From Octopus vulgaris (taxonomy: Eukaryota), in the NCBI GenBank assembly GCA_951406725.2, contig OX597826.1, forward strand, positions 32,116,001-32,180,000: 64,000 nt of DNA, in the 5' to 3' direction. Positions 40,926 through 55,186 of the stretch are shown here, piece after piece. A program made the translations under genes and the position numbers. The notes beneath the pieces are model-generated. The model did not search any database. It was given only the letters and a program-made list of their open reading frames with translations, and was not told where the DNA came from. Numbering within the stretch: position 1 is the stretch's first letter; every line of letters starts with the position of its first letter.

Positions 40926-42605
40926 TACAATTAACCACATTTGATTGGTCGTATGCTGGTATACAATTAAAAGTAATTAAATGACCATAACTTTAGTGTT
41001 TCACATCACTTGATAATTTTCTTGGAGATATAGGATATCTTGCCAAAGAGATCAAGAAATCTAGGTGGGGTGGATGTAGATGTAATCAAGAAATACCTAG
41101 GTAACTCGTTTTATTTGTGATTCCAGACAAATCTGCATCATGGCAAGAATTGTGACTAAAGGCTGTTGTATCAAACTCACTTTTTTCTGTCAAGAGTTAA
41201 CTAGTGTTAAAGTATTAACAATTGCATAGCTGGTGCTCCAGTATGGTCATAACCTTCAGACCGAAACAAATCATGTTTCACTCTATTAGATCTCATCAGC
41301 ATAAGGCAGTCTAACAAAACCTGCCAATCAGTCGACACAGATTTTGTCGTCATTGATTTTTTTCTACTGTCACCACCACCACCACCACTACTACCACCAC
41401 CGCCACCTCCTCCTCCTCATCATCATCGTTGTTGTTGTCACTGTGATATATATGAAAGGCTTCTACCAGGCAGTTTCTGTCTGCCAAATATCATTTGCAA
41501 AACACATCAATCAACCAAAAGGAAAATACAGGTGCACTGAAGACCAAGAAGGAAACTTTTACTCAACTCATTTGGTGGGATCGATCCTGGAACTATGAGA
41601 CAGCAAAATAAACTTGTTAACCACATACAACCATACCATACTTAAATATGTAACCTAATATCTTTTTATTTCTTTCCACTTGTGTTTCCATGAAAAATTT
41701 CCCTTGGACATGTCAAATTTCCAGACAGATTAATTTTTGATAATGAACTGAGAATTGGACATAATGCTCAAAGAACAGCAAGAATTTGGAATTGGTGGAT
41801 TATAACTCAAGCACTTTTCAGTAGAAAATACTCAGAGAATGCTATGTTATAGAGTCACCTTGTTTGTGATGTCTAAAAGAGAAAAAAAAAACAACCACTC
41901 ATGAACAAAGTTGCTAGCTAATATGAAGCAGAGGAAATTACATTTGATTGGAAAAATGGCGACAGATAGAGAAATGGTAAGAATGAAGGAGAAAGAAAGA
42001 GACAGAGAGAGAGAAAGAGAGAGATAGGGAAAGAGAAAGAGAAAGGAAGAAAGAGGAAGCGAGAGAGAAAAGGGTAGTTAATGTATTGGTAGCAATAATA
42101 ATGATCAGCAATCACCGGTAGGCCTTCTGTATGACGTCTGCAAGCGCTACTAAAAGTGCATAGTAGCGAGTCCAATATTATGGATTTTGTGACCAATGCT
42201 AGAACCAACTTGATTAATGACTTTGCTGCCATTGCTATTGTAAGAATGGTAATGACGCTAATGACACTTTTTTTTAAACCTTTTTTCTTACTACTTTTTG
42301 TCATTTTTACAAACATGACAACAACACCAATAATAATAATAATAATAACAATAAAGACAATTATTATAATACTTTTTAAAATTTAATTAGGCAGCATTAC
42401 TGGAGTAAATTAATTAAACACCACCTACTAGTTGTAGTTTTTTTACTCACTTTGCGAGTACACCACCTTCAGGACAACAGTTTTGTTGTCAAACTTTAAA
42501 TATTCTGAGATGAATTATTGTTGTTAATAAGATTATAATTTTGTAGACTAATTAACCTCATATCCAAAGATTAACTAGTTTTTAAAAAAATTGTTATTTA
42601 TCTCC

Positions 42606-43090
<485 letters not shown>

Positions 43091-43266
43091 AATAGAAGAA
43101 CAGGTGTGGCTGTGAGGTTAAGAAGTTTCCTTCCCAACCACATGGTTTTGGGTTCAGTCCCACTGAAAATATCTTTGGGAAAATATCTTCTACTATAACC
43201 TTCTATTAGTCAAAGCCTTGTGAATGAATTTGATAGATTGAAATGGAAAGAAATTTGTTGCATACA

Positions 43267-43502
43267 TACGAGGGAGGTGCTGAAAATTTCCTGGCTTTAA
43301 GGGTCTCATGAAAGGCCAAGTCGGAGGCCCAACCTTCTGAGTTCTTTTAAAGGGCTTAGAAAAACTGAAGGGCCACTACAATAAGTGTGTGAATCTGAGA
43401 GGAGAATACGTTGAACAAAATCATAATCAACTGATCCTACTGTATTTTCTTTTATCAAAAGCCAGGAGGGTCGGTTAATTATGATTTTGTTCAACATATT
43501 CC
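43267..43502 (+). mobile_element. Mariner-derived MITE retaining the transposase C-terminus; right end rearranged
   Basis: TACGAGGGAGGTGCTGAAAATTTCCTGGCTTT TIR; interior translates GLEKLKGHYNKCVNLRGEYVEQ (mariner G..KL..RW.KC....G.Y.E motif). Confidence 0.82.
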
Positions 43503-43590
43503 CATCCGGCTTTTGAAGTGTGTTTCTTTTTTGGATATATGATCCACTAACAATACACACACACACACACTCACAAACACACACACACAC

Positions 43591-43647
<57 letters not shown>

Positions 43648-44234
43648 AATTAAGCAGAAAATGGAGAAATTCTTGATCAACAACAGATTGACTATCATCA
43701 ATTTCTCCATTTTCTACTTAATTTAAATTTACTTCCTGATAAACTCTTGTTTATTTTTGTTATTGCCTGTGCCCTATGAACATAATATGCTTGTATACGT
43801 ATGCCCAGGGTTAACATAGGTAATTGATACTGGTAGTAAATGAATATTCTTATCCCTTAGATGATTATTCCAACCGCTAACTCTACTATATATATATATA
43901 TCCAAAAAACATATGTTAGAGACAAAAAATGGAAAACACAGAAATCTTTAATGTTCACAATGACCATTTCAACACATCCTGCATCGATGCCTAGTGGGTG
44001 GGTAGAGGCTATACAACTAGTTGTGGTGCATCTCTTGGTGCAGAAGCATCTTGTCAAGGGATGTACTAAGAGGTATCTCGATAAATGAACTCTGTTTTGT
44101 TTGGATTTAATACAGCATGTTGTTTGTGACCGTAGGTTTAAGCCGCTGGGCAGTAATAGTGCCAGATAGCCATAGACAGTGGGTGTGCTTCATCAGAGTA
44201 CTACTTGGAACATGTTCAACATTTAATAAATATG

Positions 44235-44298
<64 letters not shown>

Positions 44299-44513
44299 TG
44301 TCATTCTTTATGTCATTTGTCCTCTTTTCCATTTGTTTCTCTCATTCTTTGTTTTTGCATTTCATGTTGTCTACTGTTGGTGACATTCTGTATCCATATA
44401 TGCATGTGTGTGTATATATATATACAAAATTTGTATGTAACACAATTTTTAATCTTCGGATTTTTTAAATATTCTAAGCCACTACCCTTATTATTTAATT
44501 TATATATATATAT

Positions 44514-44720
44514 AAAGTTAATCCAAACATGAAAACACAAAGACAAAACACAACAACGCGAGGACGTGGAACAAGTATAGTATTATTGGCTGCTCAGGAA
44601 AGAAGGAAAGAAGGAGGGTTTAACGTTTCGAGCGGAGCTCTTCATCAGAAACATAGGAAAAGGAAAGATCCAAAGAAGGGAAGACGGAGGAAAAAAAATC
44701 GCCAACGGTACACATGTGGT
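44514..44720 (-). mobile_element. (TA)n-embedded ~200-bp non-autonomous Penelope-like element carrying a hammerhead motif
   Basis: Colinear second copy at 46053-46268; TA microsatellite flanks; hammerhead core on the minus strand. Confidence 0.7.
44618..44652 (-). ncRNA. Minimal type I hammerhead ribozyme motif
   Basis: GUUU-CUGAUGA-A-GAGC(UCC)GCUC-GAAA-CG-UU-AAAC: 4-bp stem I, 4-bp stem II, loopless palindromic stem III (ACGU), GUU cleavage triplet. Confidence 0.7.
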
Positions 44721-44795
<75 letters not shown>

Positions 44796-44854
44796 TAATG
44801 CAATACGAGAGTATTGCTTTCCAGTAAAGAATAGCCCGTGAGGAAAAATTACAC

Positions 44855-44973
44855 ATAAAAGCAAATAAATGGCACAACGAAGTACCGATATTTACTGGAA
44901 AATAGCGTCGTATTTATTATGTTCGGTATTTTCCAGTAAATATCGGTACTTCGTTGTGCCATTTATTTGCTTT

Positions 44974-44976
<3 letters not shown>
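44855..44976. repeat. Perfect 50-bp inverted repeat with 22-nt spacer
   Basis: 44855-44904 is the exact reverse complement of 44927-44976. Confidence 0.95.
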
Positions 44977-45044
<68 letters not shown>

Positions 45045-45359
45045 TATGTATGTATGTATGTACGGATGTATGTATAATCATATATATATAGTCCAACCCA
45101 ATGCTAGCAGAAGTTTGGATGAAGATTTGAGGCAGGATTTTACGGTCAGATAATGTTCCTGTTGTTTCCAAGAAATAGATAGCTTTATTCCACAGGTCTT
45201 TGAAAATGCAGAACACCTGGTCATAATGTTAACAAGGGATGTCACACATAGAATACATAAACATTGATGCACATACGTGCACCCTCAAGCATGTATGTAC
45301 ACATACATATACATATGTATATGTATGCATAAACCCCACCAAATACACATATATATATC

Positions 45360-45720
45360 TTTTATTTGTTTTAGGTATTAGACTAAAACTATGCTGGGGT
45401 TTTAATTGAATGAATTGACCCCACTGTTTATTTTTTTTAAGCTTGGTATTTATTCTATCGGGATCTTTTGCTGAACTGTTTGTTTACAGGGATGTAGACA
45501 AACCAATACCAGTGGGGGACAAACACAGGCACAAAGACACACACACATAGATTCATATTTACATATATGTGTGTGTGTGTGTGTGTATAAGATGGGCTTC
45601 TTTCAGTTTGTGTCAGCCCAAGATCATTGTACAATACACTTGACCAAGGTACCATGCAGTGGGACTGAACCTGGAACTATGTGTATGGGAAGTAAACTTC
45701 TTGCCACACAGCCATGCCTA
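45360..45720 (-). mobile_element. CORE-like SINE, decayed, reverse orientation
   Basis: Reverse complement of the 5061-type element. Confidence 0.75.
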
Positions 45721-45757
45721 TGCATGCATGTATACAAATACATACGTGCATACACAG

Positions 45758-45791
<34 letters not shown>

Positions 45792-45896
45792 ATGTGTGTT
45801 TATGTGTGTGTGCATGTTTGTGTATGTATAATTGTATATGTATATATATGTATATATATATATATGTGTGTGTATATATATGTGTATATATATCTA

Positions 45897-46032
<136 letters not shown>

Positions 46033-46052
46033 CTCTTTTTCTCATACATATA

Positions 46053-46265
46053 AAGTTAATCCAAACAAGAAAGCACAAAAAACACAACAACGCGAGGACA
46101 TGGAACAAATATAGTATTATTGGACACTCAGGAAAGAAGGAAAGAAGGAGGGTTTAATGCTTCGAGTGGAGCTCTTCATCGGAAACATAGGAGAAGGAAA
46201 GATCCAGAGAAGGGAAGACAGAAGAAAAAAAATCGCCAACGGTACACACGCAGTCACATTTTGAA

Positions 46266-46268
<3 letters not shown>
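46053..46268 (-). mobile_element. Second copy of the Penelope-like element; hammerhead core mutated
   Basis: Colinear with 44514-44720; core at 46152-46186 reads CCGAUGA...GAAGCAUU. Confidence 0.72.
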
Positions 46269-46343
<75 letters not shown>

Positions 46344-46522
46344 CAAGCTCACTGCAGATTGATAGATGACCAAATTTCCATGGTTAGCTGGAGCTATTAT
46401 GGCAGACACCATGCTAGGTGACACTGACTGAGACAGATTCCTGAACAACATGATTACAAAATGATCTTAACTACATGCAACCGTTTACCTACCTACCTAC
46501 CTGCCTATCTATCTATCTATCA

Positions 46523-46585
<63 letters not shown>

Positions 46586-48405
46586 AGTATACACTTGTGT
46601 ATACATGCACAAGTAAACATACACATACATGCAAATGTATATGCTTATATGTGTGTGTTTACATATATGTGTGCATGTTTATATCATCGGCTGCTAAACA
46701 GTTTCTGTACAACCAACTTCCTGTCACATGTTATTGGTCATTGTGAGGTTATTGTAGGAAAAAAAAGAAAAAAATATTACCTAAGATTCTGCATGTTAAG
46801 ATTGGACCAGAAACCACACAGTTGTAAATCCAGTTGCTTAACCCCACAGCCATTCCTGTACCTTAATATTCCAGAAAATTATAATCTTAATAATTACATC
46901 TGTGTTATTGCGAGTTTCAAGCATGACAATATCAATAATTTTAACGATGATAAATATGACAGTAGCTACTACGATCATTTGTAAATTTGGCAAAGAATCC
47001 AGGAAGTATGGATAAAATTCCTTGAAGAATTCCATATGAAAGGAAGATTTGTCTGATTGATATGAATGAATGGTTTTGATTAGGTTCTATTGATTAGGGC
47101 TGATTACTTACAACAAGCAATGAACAGAAGAGAGACAGGATGGTTTTGATTTGGATGGTAAAGGAAGAAGAAATACAAACATGTTCATATATACACATAT
47201 ATAGATATATATGATCTTACCTTGGTGAGATACATGTATAAATGCTCCAATAAATTATAAGAAATAAATAGAGATATAATCCAAAATTGGTAAAGATCCA
47301 CACGGCACCATAAAATGGTATGAAAATATCAAGCAAAAACCCAAGGAAAAAATAACCTGTTGCCGTTTCCTATCAGGCAAAATCTATGAGATCTTAGAAA
47401 TGGCAATATAGGGTATAATTCTGCGTTTTTCTTTTTCTTTCATTTCCAAGATTAAATGAAATTCTAATGAAAGTAACAAGAAAAAATTGATTAAGATCCT
47501 TGTAAAGAAAGAAAGTTCAAAGCAAGTGGAATAGTATTTTAGAAGTATAAAATTCTTAAGGAAGCTGGAATGGTTCTTATTTAAAAGTCTGCTTCGGTTT
47601 ATTCTCAGTAATTCCTCAACTCTGTGTGTATTTTATAACTTACTTCCATCCAGACTGACTGGTTAGAAATCTGTTTGTCATCAAATTGAAAGAAAGAAAA
47701 AAGAAGGAACTAAAAGAAGAGAAAAGAAAAGTTAAGGAGCGGAAATAAACCCCTCCTCCTTCCTATTGAAGTAAGAACTGTCACCATTAAACTCCTTAAG
47801 GGGATCCCTGCTATAAGTTAGTTAGCCTTAGCAGACAACAACATGTGGACCCTGAAAGTTAAAGAAGGCTACTGAGTGGAAAGATATCTAGGGGTGAGAG
47901 ACGGGTGCGTGAGAGGGGGCGTGAGTGCTGGTGGTGGGGAAGTGAGTGGTGGCAATGTGGGTGTGTATGTGGGTAAGGGTAATATCTGTGAAGATTGGTC
48001 AGAAAAAGAGGGGGATGGAAAAAGGGGCTGAGGTGAGTTTATAAGACCTGGGGACATGTTTAAGTGTGTGAGAGCACTGGCACGTGTGTATGTGTGTCTG
48101 CGTGTGTGTGTGCATGGGTATATGTGTATGTGTGTATGTGGGGGTATATATTTATTAACCATAGAAAATATCTGAAGTTTTACTCTGTGATGTGTGTGTG
48201 TATGTGTATGCACACACACACACACTCTCGCACACACACATGTATGTATATTTGTACATCTATATGTGTATAAATCCCTACCCTCTTTGTGTGTGTGTGT
48301 CTATACAGAAAGTGAGAGAAAGAGAGATACATTACCTGTGAGTGTGTGCCATACACGTACACACACTCTCTTTCTCCCTCTTTCTCACACACACACTCAC
48401 ACCTA

Positions 48406-48438
<33 letters not shown>

Positions 48439-49416
48439 CTATACACACACATGTATAAGCTGAAGTCAGTGCAACAGTAGGCTCATATTCCACATACACA
48501 TGGCATAGATGGGATGATATAGTTTGTTTTGAGAAGACAAATGGGAGGGATTGAAAGATGTGAAGCCGGCTGTGGCCGGTGGTGGCGGTTGCAGTGGCAG
48601 GGGTGGTACTGCCGGAATGGGGGGAGAAGGGCAGGCGAGGTAGAAAGAGCTATTAATTATAAAGGGAGGTGTACAGGAAAAGAAGAAGATGAAGAAGGAT
48701 GACAGGTGAAGGGGAAATGGGGAAATAAGTGGGGATGGAGACATCCAACCCCATAACAGAAGTTACAGAGGTGTTAAAAGAAAAAAGTGGGGGGAAGAAG
48801 AAGAAGAAGAAGAAGAAGAAGAAGAAGAAGAAGAAGAAGAAGAAGATATCAGCGGTGGTGGGGGTCAGGTGTAAAGAGATAGGGGAAGGGAAGAACAAAG
48901 TTTGAAGACAAAAATAAAAGAAAAGAAAAAGAATGGGTGGATAATGGGGTGTGGCAATTAAATAAGGGTGGAGTTGGTATGACTGGGTAGGATGAGCATA
49001 TAGTAGGAATATATATATAGAGAGAGAGTTGAAGATGCTTGAAGTGGCCCGGCTGGTTGGTTAAGTTTGCATTCCATCATGTCTAGCTTTGGGTTTATGA
49101 AGTATGAGAGACAGATGGGTAGGAATATTAAGATATTTTGGATGCATTTAGGGGTATTGGATTGTGAAGAAGAAGAGTGGCGATGATGAGTCTGATAATT
49201 AGGAAAGTTGGGTGGCTGACAACAGCCAAAAAAAGAAAATAAGAAAAAGGGTAAAAAAGCAATAAGAAAAAAAAGAAAAAGAGAGGTGGGGTAAGACTTA
49301 TATGTGAAAAAGGAAAGCATCAAAAGCGTTTGCGTATGCACACACGCATGCACCCACACATATAAATAGCCACGTACTTGCATACGCATGCACAGTCATG
49401 TATCAATCATCTTTGC

Positions 49417-49800
49417 CACCATCATCATCATCATCATCATCATCATCTGCATAACCACTTCCACCCACCACCACCACCACCACCACCACTGCCGACTGCT
49501 CATCCTCCATCCTCTGCCTTCTCCTCCACATCTTCTCCATCACCACCACCAATGCCGCTGCCAAACTGTTGCAGATGCACCTGTCATTCTCCTCACCATC
49601 ATCATCATCACCACCAGCATCTTTGGCGCCATCAACCCTGCCGCCACCAACAGCACCTTCAACTCCATCACCTCCATCATCCACATGACAATGCTACCAC
49701 CACCATCATCATCACCATCATCACCACCACCACCACCACCACCACCACCACCACCACCACCACCACCACCACCACCACCACCACCACCACCACCACATTC
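49417..49800. repeat. (CAT)n/(CAC)n low-complexity tract
   Basis: Directly visible; produces spurious poly-H/P/T ORFs. Confidence 0.9.
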
Positions 49801-50372
49801 ACCACCTTCACCACTGGCAATATTATTTCAGATCCATTTTTGCCATTCCAGTATGGATAAGGAACTGTCTTCTTCTTCAGCTCATCTTCTCTCTCTATTT
49901 CTTGCCATCCTTCAATATCTCCAGAGTGAGGTGAGGCTTCCTGAGATCAACTTTCAGCCTCTCTTCCTATTTCTTTCTTGGTCTTCCGATTCCGTAATTA
50001 TATAATTATTGGCGGGTGTTTATAAAGCATAAATTATTGAAGCATATCCTTAAATAGGTTTAACACACATGTACCTAACTTGCATACATACATACATACA
50101 TACATACATACATACATACATACATACATACATACACACACACACATGCACACATACATACATACATACATACATACATACACAAATACATACATGTATA
50201 TATACATACACACATACATAGATACATAAATATATACATACACACATACATACATGCATAACTACATACATACACACATACATATTTATATATATGTATA
50301 TATATATGTGTGTGCATGTGTGTGTGTATACGTATATATATCTATACATATCTACACACACATATATGTATG

Positions 50373-50434
<62 letters not shown>

Positions 50435-50895
50435 AACACACACACACACACATATATATATATTAATGTTTGCTTTTATATTCAGTTAAATACATATGCA
50501 CACACACTCAAGCACACACACACACACGCATATATATGTATGTATACATGAATGTATGGAAGCACAGTTTTAGATGTGTGGTAAGTAGCTTGCTTCCCAA
50601 CCACATGGCTTTTGGTTCAGTCCCTCTGCGTGGCACCTTGGGCAAGTGTCTTCTACTATAGCCTTGGACCAACCAAGGCTTTGCCACTGGATTTGGTAGA
50701 TGGAAACTAAAACAGTCCCATTGTCTTTATACACAAACATATACACACACACTTTATGTGTGTGTGTTTATATATGTTGATTTGGTAATGCAAACAAGAA
50801 AACAGAACCCAACTACGAGTATATATCTTTTATTATTAGTGATTTTTACATACAGACATATATACATACACACACATATATATATATATATATAT

Positions 50896-51062
50896 TGCTT
50901 CCCAACCATATGGTTTCAGGTTCAGTCCCACTGCATGGCACCTTGAGCAAGTGTCTTTTTTTATAGCCTCAGATCCACAAAAGCTTTGTGGGTGGATTTG
51001 GTAGATGGAAACTGAAAGAAACCTGTCTTCTTTCATATATATATATATACATACACACATAC

Positions 51063-51112
<50 letters not shown>

Positions 51113-51380
51113 ATATATGTATATATGTATGCATGTATGTATGCATGTATGTATGCATGTATTTATGTATGTATGTATGTATATATTTGTGTATCTGTGT
51201 TTGTCCTCCATCACTTGACAACTGATGTCAGTGTGTTTACGACCCCATAACTTAGCAGTTCAGCGAAAGAGGCTGCTAGAATATGTGCCAGACTTACAAA
51301 GAATAAGTCCTGGGGTTGATTTGTTTGACTCAAAGCAGTACTCCACCATGGCCACAGTCAAAATGACAGAAAGAAGTAAA
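50896..51380 (+). mobile_element. CORE-like SINE with long internal microsatellite (partial head also at 50575-50720)
   Basis: Colinear with the 5061 copy. Confidence 0.8.
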
Positions 51381-51383
51381 ACA

Positions 51384-51434
<51 letters not shown>

Positions 51435-51755
51435 TGTGTGCATGTGTGTGCGTGCGTGTCTTGGTGTAAAGTGTATATATCTAACATTTCTCACATGTAG
51501 TATGTGTGTGTAAATGTCTGTGTGTACATGTGTGTTTGTTTGTTGTTAAGATGTGTAGGGATGCATGGGTGCATGCATATGCATGTGGCTTATGTCTGAG
51601 AGCGAGAATGTGTTTTATATTTCTCAGCATATCATACACACAAGCAATACATATACACACACATGTATATACACATGCACGCGTGTATATGATACATAAG
51701 TTTAATTATACACATCAAAAAATATATGGTATTTTATACAAAGCTGTTAAGTAAA

Positions 51756-51831
<76 letters not shown>

Positions 51832-51938
51832 GTGTATATATATATGTATAACCCATGCTAGCATGGAAAGCGGACATTAAACAATGATGATGATGATGAT
51901 GTATGTATATGTATGTATATATATATTATATATATATA

Positions 51939-52010
<72 letters not shown>

Positions 52011-52107
52011 GTATTTATATATATGTATATATATGTATGTATATGTATGTATATATATCTATATATTTATGTATGTATATATATATATATTTATGTATAT
52101 ATATGCA

Positions 52108-52144
<37 letters not shown>

Positions 52145-52802
52145 TGTATATATATATATATATATATGCATGTATACACACACACATAATTATTTACATA
52201 TAAGCACATACATATACATGCATGTGTGTATATTATGTACATATTCAGTCATCTATATAAATACTGGCTTGTATACACACACACATGCACACACGAAATA
52301 CACATACATGCAAACTCATTCACGTGCAGTCATACACACACTCGTATACTGTTACACACACACACACACACACGTTTATGCACACATTTGAAAGGAAGAC
52401 CTACGGCGCTAGAGCAAGGAGGCAGGGAACATACTGCTGGGTTCCCTGAACTCAGCCAAAAATAAACACTTCCTGCTCTTAGAACTAGTTTGCCCCTTTA
52501 ACAGAAAATCTTACTACAAGAAGTCTGCAGCCAGTCAAACAGCTGCCAATTCCTAAAGTTCTTTTGGATATTTTAATCAACACCAAAATCTTCAAAGTTT
52601 ATAATAGTTTATATTCTCTTGGAGAAGGTTTATCATTTTTTAATGCTTCAGTCTTAAGTTTAGCATATTTTATCATATGTTGTTGTGAGTTGGTGGCTAA
52701 TTTTGCTATAATTAGAATATATATACACCCAGTTTCACTTCATTCTGGTGCATGTGTGTGAGTGTGTATGCTCATCTGTATGTATGTGTCTGTCAGTAAA
52801 TA

Positions 52803-53200
52803 TATCATCATCACCACCATCATTATCATCATCTTCATCATCATCATCATCATCATCGTCATCATCATCATCGTCATCATCATCATCATCATCATCACTA
52901 CCATCATCATCTCCACCACCATCATCACCACCATTATCATCACCCTCACCATCACAACCACCACAACCACCACCACCACCATCATCATCGTCGTCATCAT
53001 CGTCGCCATCGTCATCATCGTCATCATCGTCATCATTGTCATCATCGTCGTCATCATCATCATCATCGATCATCCATGTTCCATATTAGCAAGGATTGGA
53101 CAATTTTGACAGGATCTGACAATTCTGAAGGATGCATTTTGCTCCAGTGTCTACTCTAGCATAGTTTCTATGGATGGATGCCCTTCCTAATACCAATCAC
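52803..53200 (-). mobile_element. RTE-type 3' tail with expanded (GAT)n array
   Basis: GGATGCCCTTCCTAATACCAATCACTTTAC motif shared (reverse complement) with the tail at ~3470-3640; (ATC)n at 52803-53072. Confidence 0.7.
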
Positions 53201-53394
53201 TTTACATCAAGTACTTGATGTTCTTTTATTTTTGTCATAGTAGTTGCACTAGCAAGGTTGTCATTCAGCCTACAAAATTAAGATAAGACCCCTTTGACTC
53301 TCATGTATTATGCAAACCTGAAATATATGTATCAAATGATTTCAAGATATCACTTTCTGGTTTGACTTCATTATTAAGCTTCATTAATTCAACT

Positions 53395-53449
<55 letters not shown>

Positions 53450-53685
53450 CTCAGTGAAGGAAAAGAGTTGTTGTTTTATGTTTTGAGCACAGCTCTTCGT
53501 TGGAAACAGAAGAAAAGTCCAAAGGAAAAGAAGGAAGGAGAAGAAAAGTCACCAACGGTTACATATATACATGTAACTCACAATAGATGTTTCCAGTGCC
53601 CTTTCTTTCGTTTGTCTGCTCCCTCATACATACATGCATGCATACATACATACATACATACATACATACATACATACATACATAC

Positions 53686-53722
<37 letters not shown>

Positions 53723-53780
53723 TTATCCAACCCATGCTAGCATGGAAAACGGACGTTAAACGATGATGATGATGATGATG

Positions 53781-53840
<60 letters not shown>

Positions 53841-53890
53841 ATGTATGTATGTATGTATGTATTTATGTATGTATGTTATATATATATATA

Positions 53891-54078
53891 GGGAGAGTTT
53901 ACGAAAAAAACAAAGGACGAAGTCAGGTAGTGTACAAAACAAACAGATGTATTAGTATAACGCTCAGGAATAGAAAAAGTCTTTTACGTTTCGAGCCTAC
54001 ACTCTTTTACAGAAAGGGACACAGAAAAAACAAGGAGAGAAACAAGGAGAGAAAAAAATGCGTGTAGTGGATAACGAC
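53891..54078 (-). mobile_element. Related Penelope-like subfamily copy with degenerate hammerhead (53981-54016); further decayed relatives at ~53447-53580 and ~56955-57150
   Basis: Minus strand CUUU-CUGUAAA-A-GAGU(GUAG)GCUC-GAAA-CG-UA-AAAG: same stem layout, core boxes damaged. Confidence 0.6.
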
Positions 54079-54555
54079 GTATGTATGTATGTATGTATGT
54101 ATGTATGTATGTATGTATGTATGTATGTATGTATGTATGTATGTATGTATGTATTGAAAGATAAGGAAATAATTTTATTTTCAAATGCAGGATAATGCTA
54201 ATATAACATGGACAGGATAAACTACCCATATTTTGCAGAAAAATGTATGTATATGTGTGTGTGTGTGTGTGTTTGTGTTTGTGTGTTTGTGCATGTGTGT
54301 GAGTATATAGTACAGCTCTCCCTTTGTGTTATCAGTAACCACCAGACTATGGAACATGGATCATGGAACATGTCAATGATCATTTCCAAGTTGATGGCTG
54401 CTAAGAATAATGCTTTGTTCTTGCCTGAAGACTTTTCTGTTGTTGATTCACTAAGGAGAAGACATCGGTGATTCCAACATCTCGACACAAACCCAAACTG
54501 CATCTCATTCTTCTTAGGTAATTCTCTATCAGATTGGTTTTGCTATAACTCGCTT

Positions 54556-54603
<48 letters not shown>

Positions 54604-54924
54604 TGCCCACCACCATCATGTCCATTAACATCAGAGCCACAACCATAATCCAATTATGGCTTACCTGGACAAAACTTTCAGGTCACTGACAATAATATTC
54701 TTAAGAATAATAAACTTATATATATATATATATATACATGTGTGTGTGTGTGTGTGTGTTATGAGCATTTATAGAACACAGTCCTATATAAACTCAACAA
54801 TTAAAGATGGAGAAGAGATGTTAAAAGTTTTATAAAATTTATATATATATATATGTACACACACATACGTACATACATAGCTGTAGGCTGTAATTTGATT
54901 TGAAAGTGTTTTCTATAATCCTTT

Positions 54925-55137
54925 ACTTGCTTCAGTCATTCTGCTGCTGCCCTCCTGGGGTACCACTTTGATGTTTTTAAGTTTTTTTTAAGCCTAGTAA
55001 TATTCTATCAAGCTCCTTTGCTGAACCACTAAGCTACAGGAGTTTAAACGAACCAACACAGTTGTCAAAGTGATGGTAGGAGACAAACACATATACAAAG
55101 ACATATACATATACATACACACAAACACACAGGCAAA

Positions 55138-55186
<49 letters not shown>

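Noticed and set aside
49378-50005. Poly-His/Pro/Thr ORFs
   Set aside because: Translations of (CAT)n/(CAC)n repeats; no domain signal.
54401-54646. Ser/Gly-rich reading (DYGCGSDVNGHDGGGQSSS...) as a coding exon
   Set aside because: Bounded by stops, built around a (TAC)n repeat, no acceptor in frame.
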